A stretch of DNA of 64,000 nucleotides, from the NCBI RefSeq assembly GCF_044338195.1, contig NZ_JBIIMC010000008.1:10592-74591 (forward strand). The letters are read 5' to 3'. The position numbers were made by a program, and so were the translations under genes. Shown piece after piece: positions 10,041-19,849 of this stretch (position 1 is its first letter; each line of letters starts with the position of its first letter). This stretch comes from Sphingorhabdus sp. GTDB taxonomy: Bacteria > Pseudomonadota > Alphaproteobacteria > Sphingomonadales > Sphingomonadaceae. Below the pieces are notes generated by a model, which was not told where the DNA came from, did no database searches, and saw nothing but the letters and a program-made list of their open reading frames with translations.

Positions 10041-11551
10041 AACTCCAACTGCATCCGCGCGGCAAGTACATCAACCGAATAGTCGCGCTTATCAATAGCC
10101 TGCGTTGACAGTGGGTCAACGGTCGCGGCCAACGGACCGCCTTCGACATTGACGCGGCCATAGTTCAGCATGAAGCGAATATAATCGATTGGGTACCAGT
10201 TCAGAGCGAGCAAATAGCTTGTCTGCGTACCGCCCCGTCCAAGCCGCGCATTGAGCGCAGCGAGACTATTGCTGCCCGTCGCAAAGTTGTTCGTCACACC
10301 GTTTTTCAAAGCGTTGCTATCCAGATCCAGATAATCATAGCGTGCCGCAATTTGGAACGCGCCCAGGCCCTTTTTGTCGATTGGCTTCAGTACCTTGGTA
10401 CGCGCCCATGCACCGTCTTTGTAACCGCGGGTTTCGCCGGTCAGGAAATAGCCAGCTTCGGCATACATGCCAAAAAAGCTTGGATCGCCATTTGGTGTGA
10501 CCGCACTGTTGCCGCCAGCAAAACTGTTCAATCCCGTTGCAATGTCACCCGCACGATAGGCACTTACTTTGGTCCATTGGCCTTCGCCGGCAAAATAAAA
10601 TCCGGGGAAGATAGCCGCCAATTCTAAACCGACAATTCGATCGCTCTTGGCGGCGAAGCTTCCGGTGTCGACAAATCGTACGTCGGTAAGCTGTGTGTTC
10701 GGCCGCGCGCGATATCGGGCAAGCTGGTTAGTCGACGGCGCATTTGTGGAAACCGACGCCGTTCCATTGTTGTTGGATGCAAATTCGCGCTGCTGAATGG
10801 TTGCGCCGAAGTGCAGCTGGCCGCCGAACGCCTTTGGTGCATAGGTCAGCCGTCCCGCGCCAATCCAGCCGTCATTGTCGAACGAGTTGTCAATCGTATG
10901 GCCAGCAAACAAGCCAACTTCCGCGCGGAGCACATTATCAGAATCATGCCACGCAACTGCGCCGCCAAGGCGACGGCTGTTTAAAAACGCGTCATTGAAT
11001 GCAGCCCGCTCAGTAAAGCTGGCGTTGTTGGAACTGGTGATTTGCTCCATCCCGTTCAGCGATTCAAAATTGCCAATCCGAACGCTGATCGGTGCATTGC
11101 TTGGATTGTAGCTGAGGAACGTATCACCAAAGGCAACATTGCCGCCCGCAAAGTCGGCCTCGACCTTATATCCGAAACCGCCGGGCATATTGCCTTCGGC
11201 ACCAAGGCGAACGCGCCGAACGCGGCTATTGAAACCCAGATTGCGGTTGACCGCATAATCGCTGGGAACGCTTACATAGCCTGTGTCATAATGAATGCGT
11301 CCACGCGGCTTGAACGTCCAACCGCCTTGACCGCTGGTCTCGGGTCCGCCCTTCCATTTTACCTCTGCTACAGGCTTTTTCTCGACCGCATCAACCTTTG
11401 CCGAAATCGCGGCCAGTTGTGTCTTAAGCGCCGCAACTTCCGCACGCAGCGACTCAACCTCAGATGTGCTGTCCTGCGCATAGGCTGGAAACGCGACACA
11501 TGCCGCTGTTACCAATGCTGTAGTTGCAAACCATTTTTTTGCGGCGGTCAT
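10037..11551 (-). CDS. OprO/OprP-family phosphate-selective porin
   Basis: Signal peptide, coiled-coil N-terminus, beta-strand pattern, Arg-rich RVRRVRLG, C-terminal Phe; pho boxes upstream. Confidence 0.85.
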   Translation of the reverse strand: MTAAKKWFATTALVTAACVAFPAYAQDSTSEVESLRAEVAALKTQLAAISAKVDAVEKKPVAEVKWKGGPETSGQGGWTFKPRGRIHYDTGYVSVPSDYAVNRNLGFNSRVRRVRLGAEGNMPGGFGYKVEADFAGGNVAFGDTFLSYNPSNAPISVRIGNFESLNGMEQITSSNNASFTERAAFNDAFLNSRRLGGAVAWHDSDNVLRAEVGLFAGHTIDNSFDNDGWIGAGRLTYAPKAFGGQLHFGATIQQREFASNNNGTASVSTNAPSTNQLARYRARPNTQLTDVRFVDTGSFAAKSDRIVGLELAAIFPGFYFAGEGQWTKVSAYRAGDIATGLNSFAGGNSAVTPNGDPSFFGMYAEAGYFLTGETRGYKDGAWARTKVLKPIDKKGLGAFQIAARYDYLDLDSNALKNGVTNNFATGSNSLAALNARLGRGGTQTSYLLALNWYPIDYIRFMLNYGRVNVEGGPLAATVDPLSTQAIDKRDYSVDVLAARMQLEF

Positions 11552-11572
11552 AATATTATCCTTGTTTCAATG

Positions 11573-11632
11573 GTGACGCCTAGACAGCAATTTTATGTCT
11601 TGCGCATGACAGCATTATTTCTCTTTTATGAC
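11573..11632 (-). promoter_or_regulatory. Pho-box array upstream of the porin
   Basis: On the minus strand GTCAT (11632), GTCAT (11610), GACAT (11599) and GTCAC (11577) all fall in the same 11-bp phase. Confidence 0.75.
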
Positions 11633-11732
11633 ATGCACCCCAACTTGCTTTACGCTTGCGTCAAGTTGCTGCTCATGCCAAGGCACAGCGTGTTTCGGCG
11701 GCTTGGTTCGCCCCTGATTATGGAGATATAAT

Positions 11733-12635
11733 ATGACCATCAGTTTTAAAGACAAAGTCGCTATTGTGACCGGTGCAGGCGGTGGATTGGGTAAGGCCTA
11801 TGCGCTTGAACTCGCCAAGCGCGGTGCAAAAGTGGTGGTTAATGATTTGGGCGGCGCGCGCGATGGCACGGGCACATCCGACGCAGCGGCTCAGGTTGTC
11901 GAACAGATCAAGTCAGCTGGCGGCGAAGCTATGGCCAATGGCGGCAGCGTCACTGAATATGAGCAAATGGTCGAAATGGTCGCCAAAGCGAAAGAAGCAT
12001 GGGGCGGCGTGCATGTGTTGATCAACAATGCCGGCATCCTGCGCGACAAGAGCTTTGCCAAAATGGATATGCCCGATTTCAATCTGGTGCTTCAGGTTCA
12101 TGTCATGGGATCGGCAAACTGCACCAAGGCGGTTTGGGATACAATGCGCGATCAGGCCTATGGCCGCATCTTGATGACCACATCGTCAACCGGTCTGTAC
12201 GGCAATTTCGGCCAAGCCAATTATGGCGCGGCGAAGCTTGGATTAGCTGGATTCACCAAGACGCTTCACCTTGAAGGCGCAAAATACAACGTGCGCGTCA
12301 ATTCGCTCGCACCTGTTGCAGGCACGCGCATGACCGAAGATATTTTCCCAGAAGGCCTGTTCGAACAGTTCACGCCGGAAAATGTTGTCCCAGCCGCATT
12401 GTATCTGGTCAGCGAAGATGCGCCAACGAACATGATCATCGGCGCAGGCGGTGGCGGCTATCACGCAGCCTATGTCACAATGACCCCAGGCGTCGCCCTT
12501 CGTCCAGAAGACCGCAGCGTCGAAGGCTTTGCTGCGGCGTGGGACAAGATTATCGACCGCACGGGTGAAACCGTACCACAGTCAGGCGGCGAGCAATCCA
12601 TCGCCGTGATGAAGGCGCTTCAAGCACTCGGCTAA
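11733..12635 (+). CDS. SDR family oxidoreductase (3-hydroxyacyl-CoA dehydrogenase/MFE-2-like)
   Basis: TGAGGGLG, NNAGILRD, YGAAK motifs. Confidence 0.9.
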   Translation: MTISFKDKVAIVTGAGGGLGKAYALELAKRGAKVVVNDLGGARDGTGTSDAAAQVVEQIKSAGGEAMANGGSVTEYEQMVEMVAKAKEAWGGVHVLINNAGILRDKSFAKMDMPDFNLVLQVHVMGSANCTKAVWDTMRDQAYGRILMTTSSTGLYGNFGQANYGAAKLGLAGFTKTLHLEGAKYNVRVNSLAPVAGTRMTEDIFPEGLFEQFTPENVVPAALYLVSEDAPTNMIIGAGGGGYHAAYVTMTPGVALRPEDRSVEGFAAAWDKIIDRTGETVPQSGGEQSIAVMKALQALG

Positions 12636-12654
12636 TGCCCTTCACAATGTTTCG

Positions 12655-12685
12655 AAAGAGCCCGGTCATTGGCCGGGCTTTTTTT
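12655..12685. terminator. Intrinsic terminator between convergent genes
   Basis: AGCCCGG...CCGGGCT stem followed by a T-run, with an A-rich 5' flank. Confidence 0.75.
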
Positions 12686-13028
12686 ATGCGTCGACGAGTT
12701 TCATGAGCTTTCGTTCGACCGGAGCAAGGACAGGGCCAAGGTCATGCCCGCGTTTCAAAATTGCGCCACCTTCGCCGACCAATGCCCACATGCCTTGGCG
12801 GTTACGCAATGCTGGTCGCTTTTCAATGCGATATTCCGGTCGCTCGGTGGCACGCCGAAACGCACTGAATACGGCAGCATCGCGGCCAAGATCGATGGCA
12901 TAATCGCGCCAGTTACCCGCCGCGACCATCCGCCCGTACAGATTGAGAATCTGGGTTAGTTCGCCTTTGTCGAAACCAATCTGGTTGAGCCGATTGGTTA
13001 TGGGAAAAGGCGTAATGATTGCGCTCAA
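12684..13028 (-). CDS. DUF2794-like conserved alphaproteobacterial protein
   Basis: [24 protein letters not shown]...PEYRIEKRP pattern, recognised from memory. Confidence 0.75.
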   Translation of the reverse strand: MSAIITPFPITNRLNQIGFDKGELTQILNLYGRMVAAGNWRDYAIDLGRDAAVFSAFRRATERPEYRIEKRPALRNRQGMWALVGEGGAILKRGHDLGPVLAPVERKLMKLVDA

Positions 13029-13747
13029 CTGGCCTTGCTTCCCTTGCTCGCACGGCGCTTTACTGGCGTCGCCACGGGCGTTCCATCACGCTCGGCCATC
13101 AGTTCGGCGATACGTTTGCGCAGGGTTTCAATTTCGCACTGCATGATCTCAAGACTTTGCGTGGTTGGGTCGAACATCTCGCGGCATGGTGTTCCATAAG
13201 GCATGAAGTCACGTGCATAGGTTTCGGCCTGGACCAATGTCGAGCGCGCCTTTTGACCAATCATCGTTGCGCCAGCTGGCACGTCGTCCGTCACCACGGC
13301 AGCAGCGCCAATGCGCGCGCGCTCGCCCACGGTGATGGGGCCAAGGATCTGCGCACCCGATCCAATGATAACATCGTCCAATATTGTGGGGTGCCGTTTG
13401 CCCGCCATCCCGTTCGTCGGATTGGTGCCGCCCAAGGTGACGTTCTGGTACATGGTGACATTGTCGCCAATTTCGGCCGTTTCACCAATCACGCTGAAGC
13501 CATGATCGAGGAAGAAATTGCTGCCAATCTTGGCGCCGGGGTGGATGTCTATGCCCGTTAGAAACCGGGCGAAATGGTTCACCAACCGCGCGAGAAAGAA
13601 CATCTGGCCGAGGAACAGCCAATGGGCGACACGGTGATAACCCACGGCCCATACGCCGGGGTACAGCAAGATTTCCCAGCGCGAGCGCGGCGCAGGATCA
13701 CGTTCCTTGATCGAGTCGAGATATTCGATGAGATTGGAAATGAACAT
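13025..13747 (-). CDS. cysE: Serine O-acetyltransferase (CysE/EpsC-type)
   Basis: [20 protein letters not shown]...KRHPT, hexapeptide repeats; start set at MFISNL. Confidence 0.9.
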   Translation of the reverse strand: MFISNLIEYLDSIKERDPAPRSRWEILLYPGVWAVGYHRVAHWLFLGQMFFLARLVNHFARFLTGIDIHPGAKIGSNFFLDHGFSVIGETAEIGDNVTMYQNVTLGGTNPTNGMAGKRHPTILDDVIIGSGAQILGPITVGERARIGAAAVVTDDVPAGATMIGQKARSTLVQAETYARDFMPYGTPCREMFDPTTQSLEIMQCEIETLRKRIAELMAERDGTPVATPVKRRASKGSKAS

Positions 13748-13853
13748 AGATGACCCTGACGTCCCGTATGGGACCATTGAGCATTTAAGCTAAAACTTTC
13801 AAACCGGCATTTCCAGCAAACTATGAACCTTTTCGCTAAATATTGCTGGAATC

Positions 13854-13868
13854 ATCGGTAAAAACGAT
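13854..13868. promoter_or_regulatory. LysR/OxyR-type site
   Basis: ATCG-N7-CGAT dyad in the divergent cysE-oxyR intergenic region. Confidence 0.5.
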
Positions 13869-13901
13869 TATATGGCCCATAATAATAAACGGGGTCGATT
13901 T

Positions 13902-14807
13902 ATGAGCACCTATCTTCCAACGCTGAAGCAGCTGCAATATCTGGTCGCGCTTCAGGAGCATGGCCATTTCGGTAAAGCGGCGGAGTCGTGCTTTGTTACG
14001 CAGTCCACGCTGTCCGCGGGGATACGCGAGCTGGAGTCGCTGCTTGGCCTGATGCTCGTGGAACGCACGCGGCGCGTCGTCCGCTTTACGCCACTGGGTA
14101 ACAAGATGGTGACCAAGGCGCACCGCATCTTGCGGGAGGCGGAAGAGCTCGCCGAAATGGCCCGTTCCGCAGGCAAGCCCCTGGCGGACGATTTGCGCAT
14201 GAGCGTTATCCCCACAATTGCGCCGTTCCTGTTGCCCAAATTGCTACCGGCATTGCGCAAGAAATATCCCGATTTGAAGTTGTACCTGCGGGAGGAAGCC
14301 AGCGCAGCGGCGGTCGAAGCCTTGCATCATGGTCAGGTCGACTGTGTCCTGCTGGCGCTTCCTTTCCCGGCGGGCGATGTCGAAAAAGCGCACCTGTTTA
14401 ACGACGCATTATATGTTGCCTTTCCATTGGATGATCCGCGCGACCCACCCGAAAGCATTGAACCTGCGCTGATCGACGAAAACAGGCTTTTGTTATTGGT
14501 CGATGGCCATTGCTTGAAGGACCATGCCCTGGCTGCCTGTAACAGGCCGGAACTGCGCGCCACAGCCATGATGCTGGGGACATCGCTGCACACGCTTGTG
14601 CAGATGGTGGACAATGGCTTGGGCCTAACGATCATTCCCGAGATGGCCGTAACGGCAGGGCTATTGAACGGAACCGATGTTCAGGCACGGCCGTTGAATG
14701 CGGACCATGCGACGCGCGAAATTGCGCTGATTTGGCGAACCAACAGCCCGCGCCGTGAGGAGTTTGAGTTGCTTGCGGAGTCCCTGCGGGAATTGCACAT
14801 AACGTAA
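13902..14807 (+). CDS. oxyR: Hydrogen-peroxide-sensing LysR regulator
   Basis: LysR HTH (HFGKAAESCFVTQSTLS) and DGHCLKDHALAAC with two Cys nine residues apart, the OxyR C199/C208 pattern. Confidence 0.85.
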   Translation: MSTYLPTLKQLQYLVALQEHGHFGKAAESCFVTQSTLSAGIRELESLLGLMLVERTRRVVRFTPLGNKMVTKAHRILREAEELAEMARSAGKPLADDLRMSVIPTIAPFLLPKLLPALRKKYPDLKLYLREEASAAAVEALHHGQVDCVLLALPFPAGDVEKAHLFNDALYVAFPLDDPRDPPESIEPALIDENRLLLLVDGHCLKDHALAACNRPELRATAMMLGTSLHTLVQMVDNGLGLTIIPEMAVTAGLLNGTDVQARPLNADHATREIALIWRTNSPRREEFELLAESLRELHIT

Positions 14808-14830
14808 GCGCTGAACCGCGCCCGGAGCCG

Positions 14831-15271
14831 TTAGGCCCAGCGTGAAGACCGGTCGTCGTCGCTGGATTTGGCATCAACCCAGACGGACGTGCCATCTGCA
14901 TAATGCTCTTTCTTCCAAAATGGCGCGTCTGTTTTCAGGCGATCAATGAGAAACGCCGTCGCCTCAAGTGCGTCTGCCCTGTGCCGCGACGCTGCGCCGA
15001 CAACGACCACGGGCTCGCCCACCGCAACGCGTCCAATCCGGTGCACAATCGCCGCGCCAAGCAATGCCCAGCGGGTAAAGGCTTCATCGATTAACCGCAT
15101 CAGGCTTGCTTCCGTCATGCCGGGATAATGCTCCAGCTCAATCGCGGTTACGCCGCCATCGTCCCGCGATATGCCGGTGAAACTGGACACAGCGCCGCCC
15201 CCCAAATCACTTAGGCCCGCCAGCGCAACCTCCGCGCTGATCGGCTCGTCGCTGATGACGACGCGCTTCAT
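14831..15271 (-). CDS. moaE: Molybdopterin synthase catalytic subunit
   Basis: LEHYPGM, HRIG, HRADA, LKTDAPFWKKE. Confidence 0.95.
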   Translation of the reverse strand: MKRVVISDEPISAEVALAGLSDLGGGAVSSFTGISRDDGGVTAIELEHYPGMTEASLMRLIDEAFTRWALLGAAIVHRIGRVAVGEPVVVVGAASRHRADALEATAFLIDRLKTDAPFWKKEHYADGTSVWVDAKSSDDDRSSRWA

Positions 15272-15519
15272 CCGCCGGTCACTGGCGGGAAAATTGCAAG
15301 CTCATGTGCATCGCCAAGCGCGGCGTCCAACGGCACCATAGCTTGGTCCAAAGCAAAACGAAGCCGCGCCTTATCTTGAAAGGCCAGCGCGTGGCCGGGT
15401 GACTGACCGGCGAGCCAGTCAATGGTGTCATTGATATTGCGCACATGTGCCGGCAGATCACATGTTTCGGAGGCGACACCAATGGCCTCGCGCACCGCCG
15501 CAAAATAGACCAGCCTCAT
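15268..15519 (-). CDS. moaD: Molybdopterin synthase sulfur carrier
   Basis: YFAAVRE N-terminus; C-terminal FPPVTGG. Confidence 0.95.
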   Translation of the reverse strand: MRLVYFAAVREAIGVASETCDLPAHVRNINDTIDWLAGQSPGHALAFQDKARLRFALDQAMVPLDAALGDAHELAIFPPVTGG

Positions 15520-15523
15520 CTGG

Positions 15524-16096
15524 TCAATCCATATGCTTGATGCCGACGCGCAGATAATCCCAGCCGGTAATCATCGTCAGCGCCGCGGCGATCCACAGCA
15601 GCGCCAGTGCGGCTTGCTTCAGCAATATCCAATCAGGCAAAGCGCCCGCCAAAATGACGCCGCCAAGCGAAACAAGTTGAAACGTCGTCTTCCATTTGGC
15701 GAGTTTCGAAACAGGCACAGAAATCTGCAGGCCAGCCAAAAATTCGCGCAGGCCCGATACGATCATTTCACGCAGTAAAATGATGAGGGCCGCAATGACA
15801 TGCCAACCGTCGACATCGCGCGTGAACACCAGCATCAAAATGACTGCGGCGACCATGATCTTATCGGCGATGGGATCAAGGAAAACGCCCAATTTCGATA
15901 CTGTTCCCTGCGCCCGCGCAAGATAGCCATCGAAATAATCGGTAATCCCCATCAGGCAGTACAATATGAATGCGAAGCCATAATCCAGTGGCACCGGCTG
16001 AATGCCTATCTGCTTGGCGCCGGGCCACAGCAAAAAGACGAGGATGGGCACAGCAAGAATGCGCGACAAGGTCAGGAGGTTGGGTAAGCTAAGCAT
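15524..16096 (-). CDS. pgsA: CDP-diacylglycerol-glycerol-3-phosphate 3-phosphatidyltransferase
   Basis: LPNLLTLSR; TDYFDGYLAR...GVFLDPIADK CDP-alcohol motif; pgsA-moaD-moaE order. Confidence 0.93.
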   Translation of the reverse strand: MLSLPNLLTLSRILAVPILVFLLWPGAKQIGIQPVPLDYGFAFILYCLMGITDYFDGYLARAQGTVSKLGVFLDPIADKIMVAAVILMLVFTRDVDGWHVIAALIILLREMIVSGLREFLAGLQISVPVSKLAKWKTTFQLVSLGGVILAGALPDWILLKQAALALLWIAAALTMITGWDYLRVGIKHMD

Positions 16097-16213
16097 CCTA
16101 TCACAATAGCGCGATGTGCCAGCAAAATCACGCGGCTATTTCACCGTCACATGAAATGCGCTTTGCCATGATAGGGCTGGAACGCTAAGGCTCCGATACC
16201 GTCCGCATGGGAA

Positions 16214-17509
16214 GTGCAAAAACCAATGGCCACGACAATGTCCCTGTTGAACAAGCGCAGATTTTTGCCGCTTTTCGTCACGCAGTTTCTGAATGCCTTC
16301 AACGACAATTTTTACAAAATGGCCATGGTCATTTTGGTGACGTACGAAATCTATTCGGACCCGACCCAAGAAGCGAATTTTAACGCCATCGCGGGCGCGC
16401 TGTTCATATTACCCTTTTTCCTGTTTTCCGCGCTTGCGGGGCAATTGGCCGACACCATCGAAAAGACGCGGGTCATTCGGATGGTAAAGACAGCTGAGAT
16501 TTTTATCATGATCTTCGGTGCAGCGGGTATCTACCTGCACAACATACCGATGATGCTCGTCGCATTGTTCGCAATGGGCGTGCATTCCACCTTCTTTGGC
16601 CCGATTAAATATGCGATTTTGCCCCAGCATCTGAAAGAAGACGAGGTTTTGGGCGGAACGGGCCTTGTCGAAGCCGGGACCTATCTCGCCATCTTGGGTG
16701 GGACGATTGCGGGCGGGATCATTCCCGGAAAGATTGCCGGCGTAGGGATTATCATCGTTGCCATCATCGGACGCGTGACCGCGCAATCTGTTCCCCTTGC
16801 ACCGCCCGAAAGCGATGCGCCAACGGCAAAAATGGACTGGAATATCTTTCGCAGCAGCTGGCGTCTGGTGCGCGACACCATGCACATACCCCGCCTGTTT
16901 TTGGCGATCGTCGCAATCAGCTTTTTCTGGGGTGTAGGCGCTGTGCTTGGGTCAATTTTCCCGCCTATGGTCAAAAACGCGATCGGTGGCGACAATACTG
17001 TCGCAACCTTGTTTACCGCGTTTTTCTCGATCGGCATTGCCATCGGCTCAGTCGCCGTCAACCGCCTGTTGAATGGCACAGTGTCCGCCAAATATGCGCC
17101 GATTTCAGTCATCGTCATGGGCCTGTTTGTCTTGGATCTGTGGTGGACGGTCAGCCACTGGCAACCTATCGGGCCAGAGCTGATGAATTGGTGGCAGTTT
17201 CTGACGCTAGGCTATGGCGAACGCATGATTGTCGATCTTCTTGGTATTTCCATCGCCGGGGGTATGTTTGTCGTCCCGCTCTACGCGTTTCTGACAACTA
17301 CGGTTGCAAAGTCACAAACCGCCCGCACCATTGCCGCCAATAACATCGTGAATTCCGGCGCAATGGTGATCGGTGCTGTCATTTACAGCCTTCTGGTCAG
17401 CGCAGGTGTGAGCATTCCCGACACGCTGTTCATGATTGCTGCGGCCTGCCTTGTTTCGGCATGGATTTCGTGGAAGCTGCACAAGGCGAGCGACCCCGTC
17501 GCCGCCTAA
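16214..17509 (+). CDS. MFS transporter, LplT/Aas-like
   Basis: RRFLPLFVTQFLNAFNDN, FFGPIKYAILPQHL, IAANNIVN; about 12 hydrophobic segments. Confidence 0.8.
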   Translation: MQKPMATTMSLLNKRRFLPLFVTQFLNAFNDNFYKMAMVILVTYEIYSDPTQEANFNAIAGALFILPFFLFSALAGQLADTIEKTRVIRMVKTAEIFIMIFGAAGIYLHNIPMMLVALFAMGVHSTFFGPIKYAILPQHLKEDEVLGGTGLVEAGTYLAILGGTIAGGIIPGKIAGVGIIIVAIIGRVTAQSVPLAPPESDAPTAKMDWNIFRSSWRLVRDTMHIPRLFLAIVAISFFWGVGAVLGSIFPPMVKNAIGGDNTVATLFTAFFSIGIAIGSVAVNRLLNGTVSAKYAPISVIVMGLFVLDLWWTVSHWQPIGPELMNWWQFLTLGYGERMIVDLLGISIAGGMFVVPLYAFLTTTVAKSQTARTIAANNIVNSGAMVIGAVIYSLLVSAGVSIPDTLFMIAAACLVSAWISWKLHKASDPVAA

Positions 17510-17512
17510 AAG

Positions 17513-17704
17513 TCAGGCGATAAAGCTCGTTATTGAGACAAAAAACGCACTGAAGCTGAGCATAAACAAATGCGTATCTTCCTTGCGCCACCACGATATG
17601 GGGCGTGGCGCGATGACGGCGTGCGTCATCTGTGGTGGGGGAAGCATCCGCCGAAGGGGGTGGCGGGCAGCTTCGTTGTGACCGACTAATCTTCGTTTCA
17701 TCAT
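17513..17704 (-). CDS. Small protein with one C-terminal transmembrane helix
   Basis: 63 aa in a gene-free gap; basic N-terminus, WWRKED, then hydrophobic LFMLSFSAFFVSITSFIA. Confidence 0.55.
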   Translation of the reverse strand: MMKRRLVGHNEAARHPLRRMLPPPQMTHAVIAPRPISWWRKEDTHLFMLSFSAFFVSITSFIA

Positions 17705-17713
17705 GATCGGACG

Positions 17714-17816
17714 TTAACGTTCTGTTAGGCATAATGGCCATGCCAAAAGATGGTTAAGCGGCGACCCACGTTCGACTGTCCCGATCTGCGACAGTTATTG
17801 ACGCCTTTTTAACCAT
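17714..17816. promoter_or_regulatory. Cluster of CtrA-like sites
   Basis: TTAA-N7-TTAG at 17714-17728, plus TTAACCAT half-sites at 17750-17757 (minus) and 17809-17816 (plus). Confidence 0.5.
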
Positions 17817-17887
17817 ATTCCGCAGCGCGGGTTGGCGGCCTGCCACTGGCTCTGTTAGGATGCATGCAACAAACAGGAGTTCTCTTG

Positions 17888-18862
17888 ATGGAAAGAGCAG
17901 CACAAATTCGGCAAACCGGTGGGCCGGACGTTATTGAATGGACGGACGTTGAATTGGCAGAGCCCGGTCCGGGTGAAGTCCGCATGCGCAATCTGGCCGT
18001 GGGCCTGAACTTCATTGACACCTATCATCGTGGCGGCCTGTATCCGATGGCGCTGCCCTCTGGCCTGGGTATGGAGGCGGCGGGCGTGATTGAGGCGGTG
18101 GGAGACGGCGTGACCGACTGGCGCGTTGGCGACCGCGTCGCCACTTTTGGCCCAAGCATCGGTGCCTATGCGACCGCGCGCAATATTGCCGCACATGGCC
18201 TATTTTCGGTACCAGACGACATCAGCGACGAAATTGCGGCGGCGGGCTTGCTCAAGGGCTGCACCACGGAGTTTCTTGTCGAACGCTGTGCCAAGGTTCA
18301 GCCCAAATGGGACATATTGGTGCACGCAGCGGCGGGCGGCGTCGGACTGTTGCTTGTGCAGTGGCTAAAGCATGTTGGTGCCCGCGTCATCGGGACAGTC
18401 AGCACCGATGAAAAGGCGGCTCTGGCACGCGCGGCGGGGGCCGACCATGTCATTCTATATGGCAAAGAAGATGTCGCCGCGCAGGTGCGCGAACTGACGG
18501 ACGGCAAAGGCGTGGAAGTGACATTCGATGGTGTTGGCCGCGACACATGGGAAACATCGCTGAACGCAACTGCGCGGCGCGGCCTTATCGTCAGCTATGG
18601 CAATGCGAGCGGGCCGGTGACGGGTGTCAACCTTGGCACTTTAGCGCAAAAAGGTTCGCTCTACGTCTCGCGCCCCACCTTGTTCGATTATTATCACAAC
18701 GCCGCAGAGCGGGCAGCAGGCGCGGAATATGTGTTCGACATGTTCCGCCAAGGCATCATCGATATCACGATAGGCCACCGCTACGCGCTGGAAGACGTTG
18801 CACAGGCCCACCGCGATCTTGAAGGGCGGAAAACAGTTGGTTCTTCCATATTGATTCCCTGA
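17888..18862 (+). CDS. qor: NADPH:quinone oxidoreductase (zeta-crystallin family)
   Basis: GLNFIDTYHRGG, GMEAAG, HAAAGGVG, G.NASG motifs. Confidence 0.9.
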   Translation: MERAAQIRQTGGPDVIEWTDVELAEPGPGEVRMRNLAVGLNFIDTYHRGGLYPMALPSGLGMEAAGVIEAVGDGVTDWRVGDRVATFGPSIGAYATARNIAAHGLFSVPDDISDEIAAAGLLKGCTTEFLVERCAKVQPKWDILVHAAAGGVGLLLVQWLKHVGARVIGTVSTDEKAALARAAGADHVILYGKEDVAAQVRELTDGKGVEVTFDGVGRDTWETSLNATARRGLIVSYGNASGPVTGVNLGTLAQKGSLYVSRPTLFDYYHNAAERAAGAEYVFDMFRQGIIDITIGHRYALEDVAQAHRDLEGRKTVGSSILIP

Positions 18863-18906
18863 CAATTCACAGCAAGGTTAATTTCGGACAATATTGAGGG
18901 GGATTT

Positions 18907-19629
18907 ATGGAACTTAAGGGCAAGACCGCATTGGTCACGGGCGGGACCGATGGCATCGGTCTGGAAATAGCACGCCAAATGATGGCGAAAGGCGCCAACG
19001 TCATCGTCTGTGGTCGCCGCGACGACGTGCTTGCTTCGGCACGACAAGAAGGATTGGAAGCCATTCAGGCAGACCTTTCCACCGCGTCGGGTTGCGCGGA
19101 GCTTGCTGCCACGCTCGCAGGACGCGAGCTGGACATCCTGATCAACAACGCTGGGATGAGCGGTAATTTCGGTCCCGGCGAGCCGCTGGATCTGGCGCTC
19201 ACCGATCAGGCGATCTTCCTGAACCTCAACGCGCCGTTGCACCTGATTGGCCACTTGTTGCCCGGCTTGCTTAAGCGGCCCGAGGCATCGATTGTGAATG
19301 TCACCTCAGGCCTTGCCATTGCCCCGCGCGCCGGTGGCCCAGTCTATTGCGCGACCAAAGCGGGCCTCAGAAGCTTTACCCAATCGCTGCGGCACAATCT
19401 ACGCGATACCAAGGTTCATGTTATCGAGGCATTGCCGCCGGTGGTGGACACCGCAATGACGCGCGGCCGCGTGAATGGCAAAAAGATGTCGGCAAAGGAA
19501 TGTGCCGCAGAAATCATTGATGCCATTGCGACAAACGCGCCCGAGGCGAATGTCGGCATGGTGAAGCTGCTTCGGCTTGTATATTCGATATCGCCCGCAC
19601 TTGCGCAGCGGATCATGATCAGATTCTGA
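18907..19629 (+). CDS. SDR family oxidoreductase (DltE-like)
   Basis: TGGTDGIG, NNAG, YCATKAGLRSFT. Confidence 0.88.
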   Translation: MELKGKTALVTGGTDGIGLEIARQMMAKGANVIVCGRRDDVLASARQEGLEAIQADLSTASGCAELAATLAGRELDILINNAGMSGNFGPGEPLDLALTDQAIFLNLNAPLHLIGHLLPGLLKRPEASIVNVTSGLAIAPRAGGPVYCATKAGLRSFTQSLRHNLRDTKVHVIEALPPVVDTAMTRGRVNGKKMSAKECAAEIIDAIATNAPEANVGMVKLLRLVYSISPALAQRIMIRF

Positions 19630-19691
19630 TTGTCAGCGATGCCGCATCACACGGCGGAGCAACGGATTTCAAGCTGTCTGAGTAAATATGG

Positions 19692-19775
19692 TGGTGCCCC
19701 AGGCCCGACTCGAACGGGCACTCCTTTCGGAACAGGATTTTGAATCCAGCGCGTCTACCATTCCACCACTGGGGC
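19692..19775 (-). tRNA. tRNA-Leu (anticodon CAA)
   Basis: The reverse complement folds as a class II tRNA: GCCCCAG acceptor start, TGGTAGAC D-arm, loop TTCAAAA, long variable arm, GTTCGAGTC T-loop, encoded CCA. Confidence 0.93.
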
Positions 19776-19849
19776 ACATCTTCGTCAGGACGAACCCGTT
19801 GAAGCGGAGGCTCCTCTAACCGAGCCTCCGCCCCGATGCAAGCGCATCC

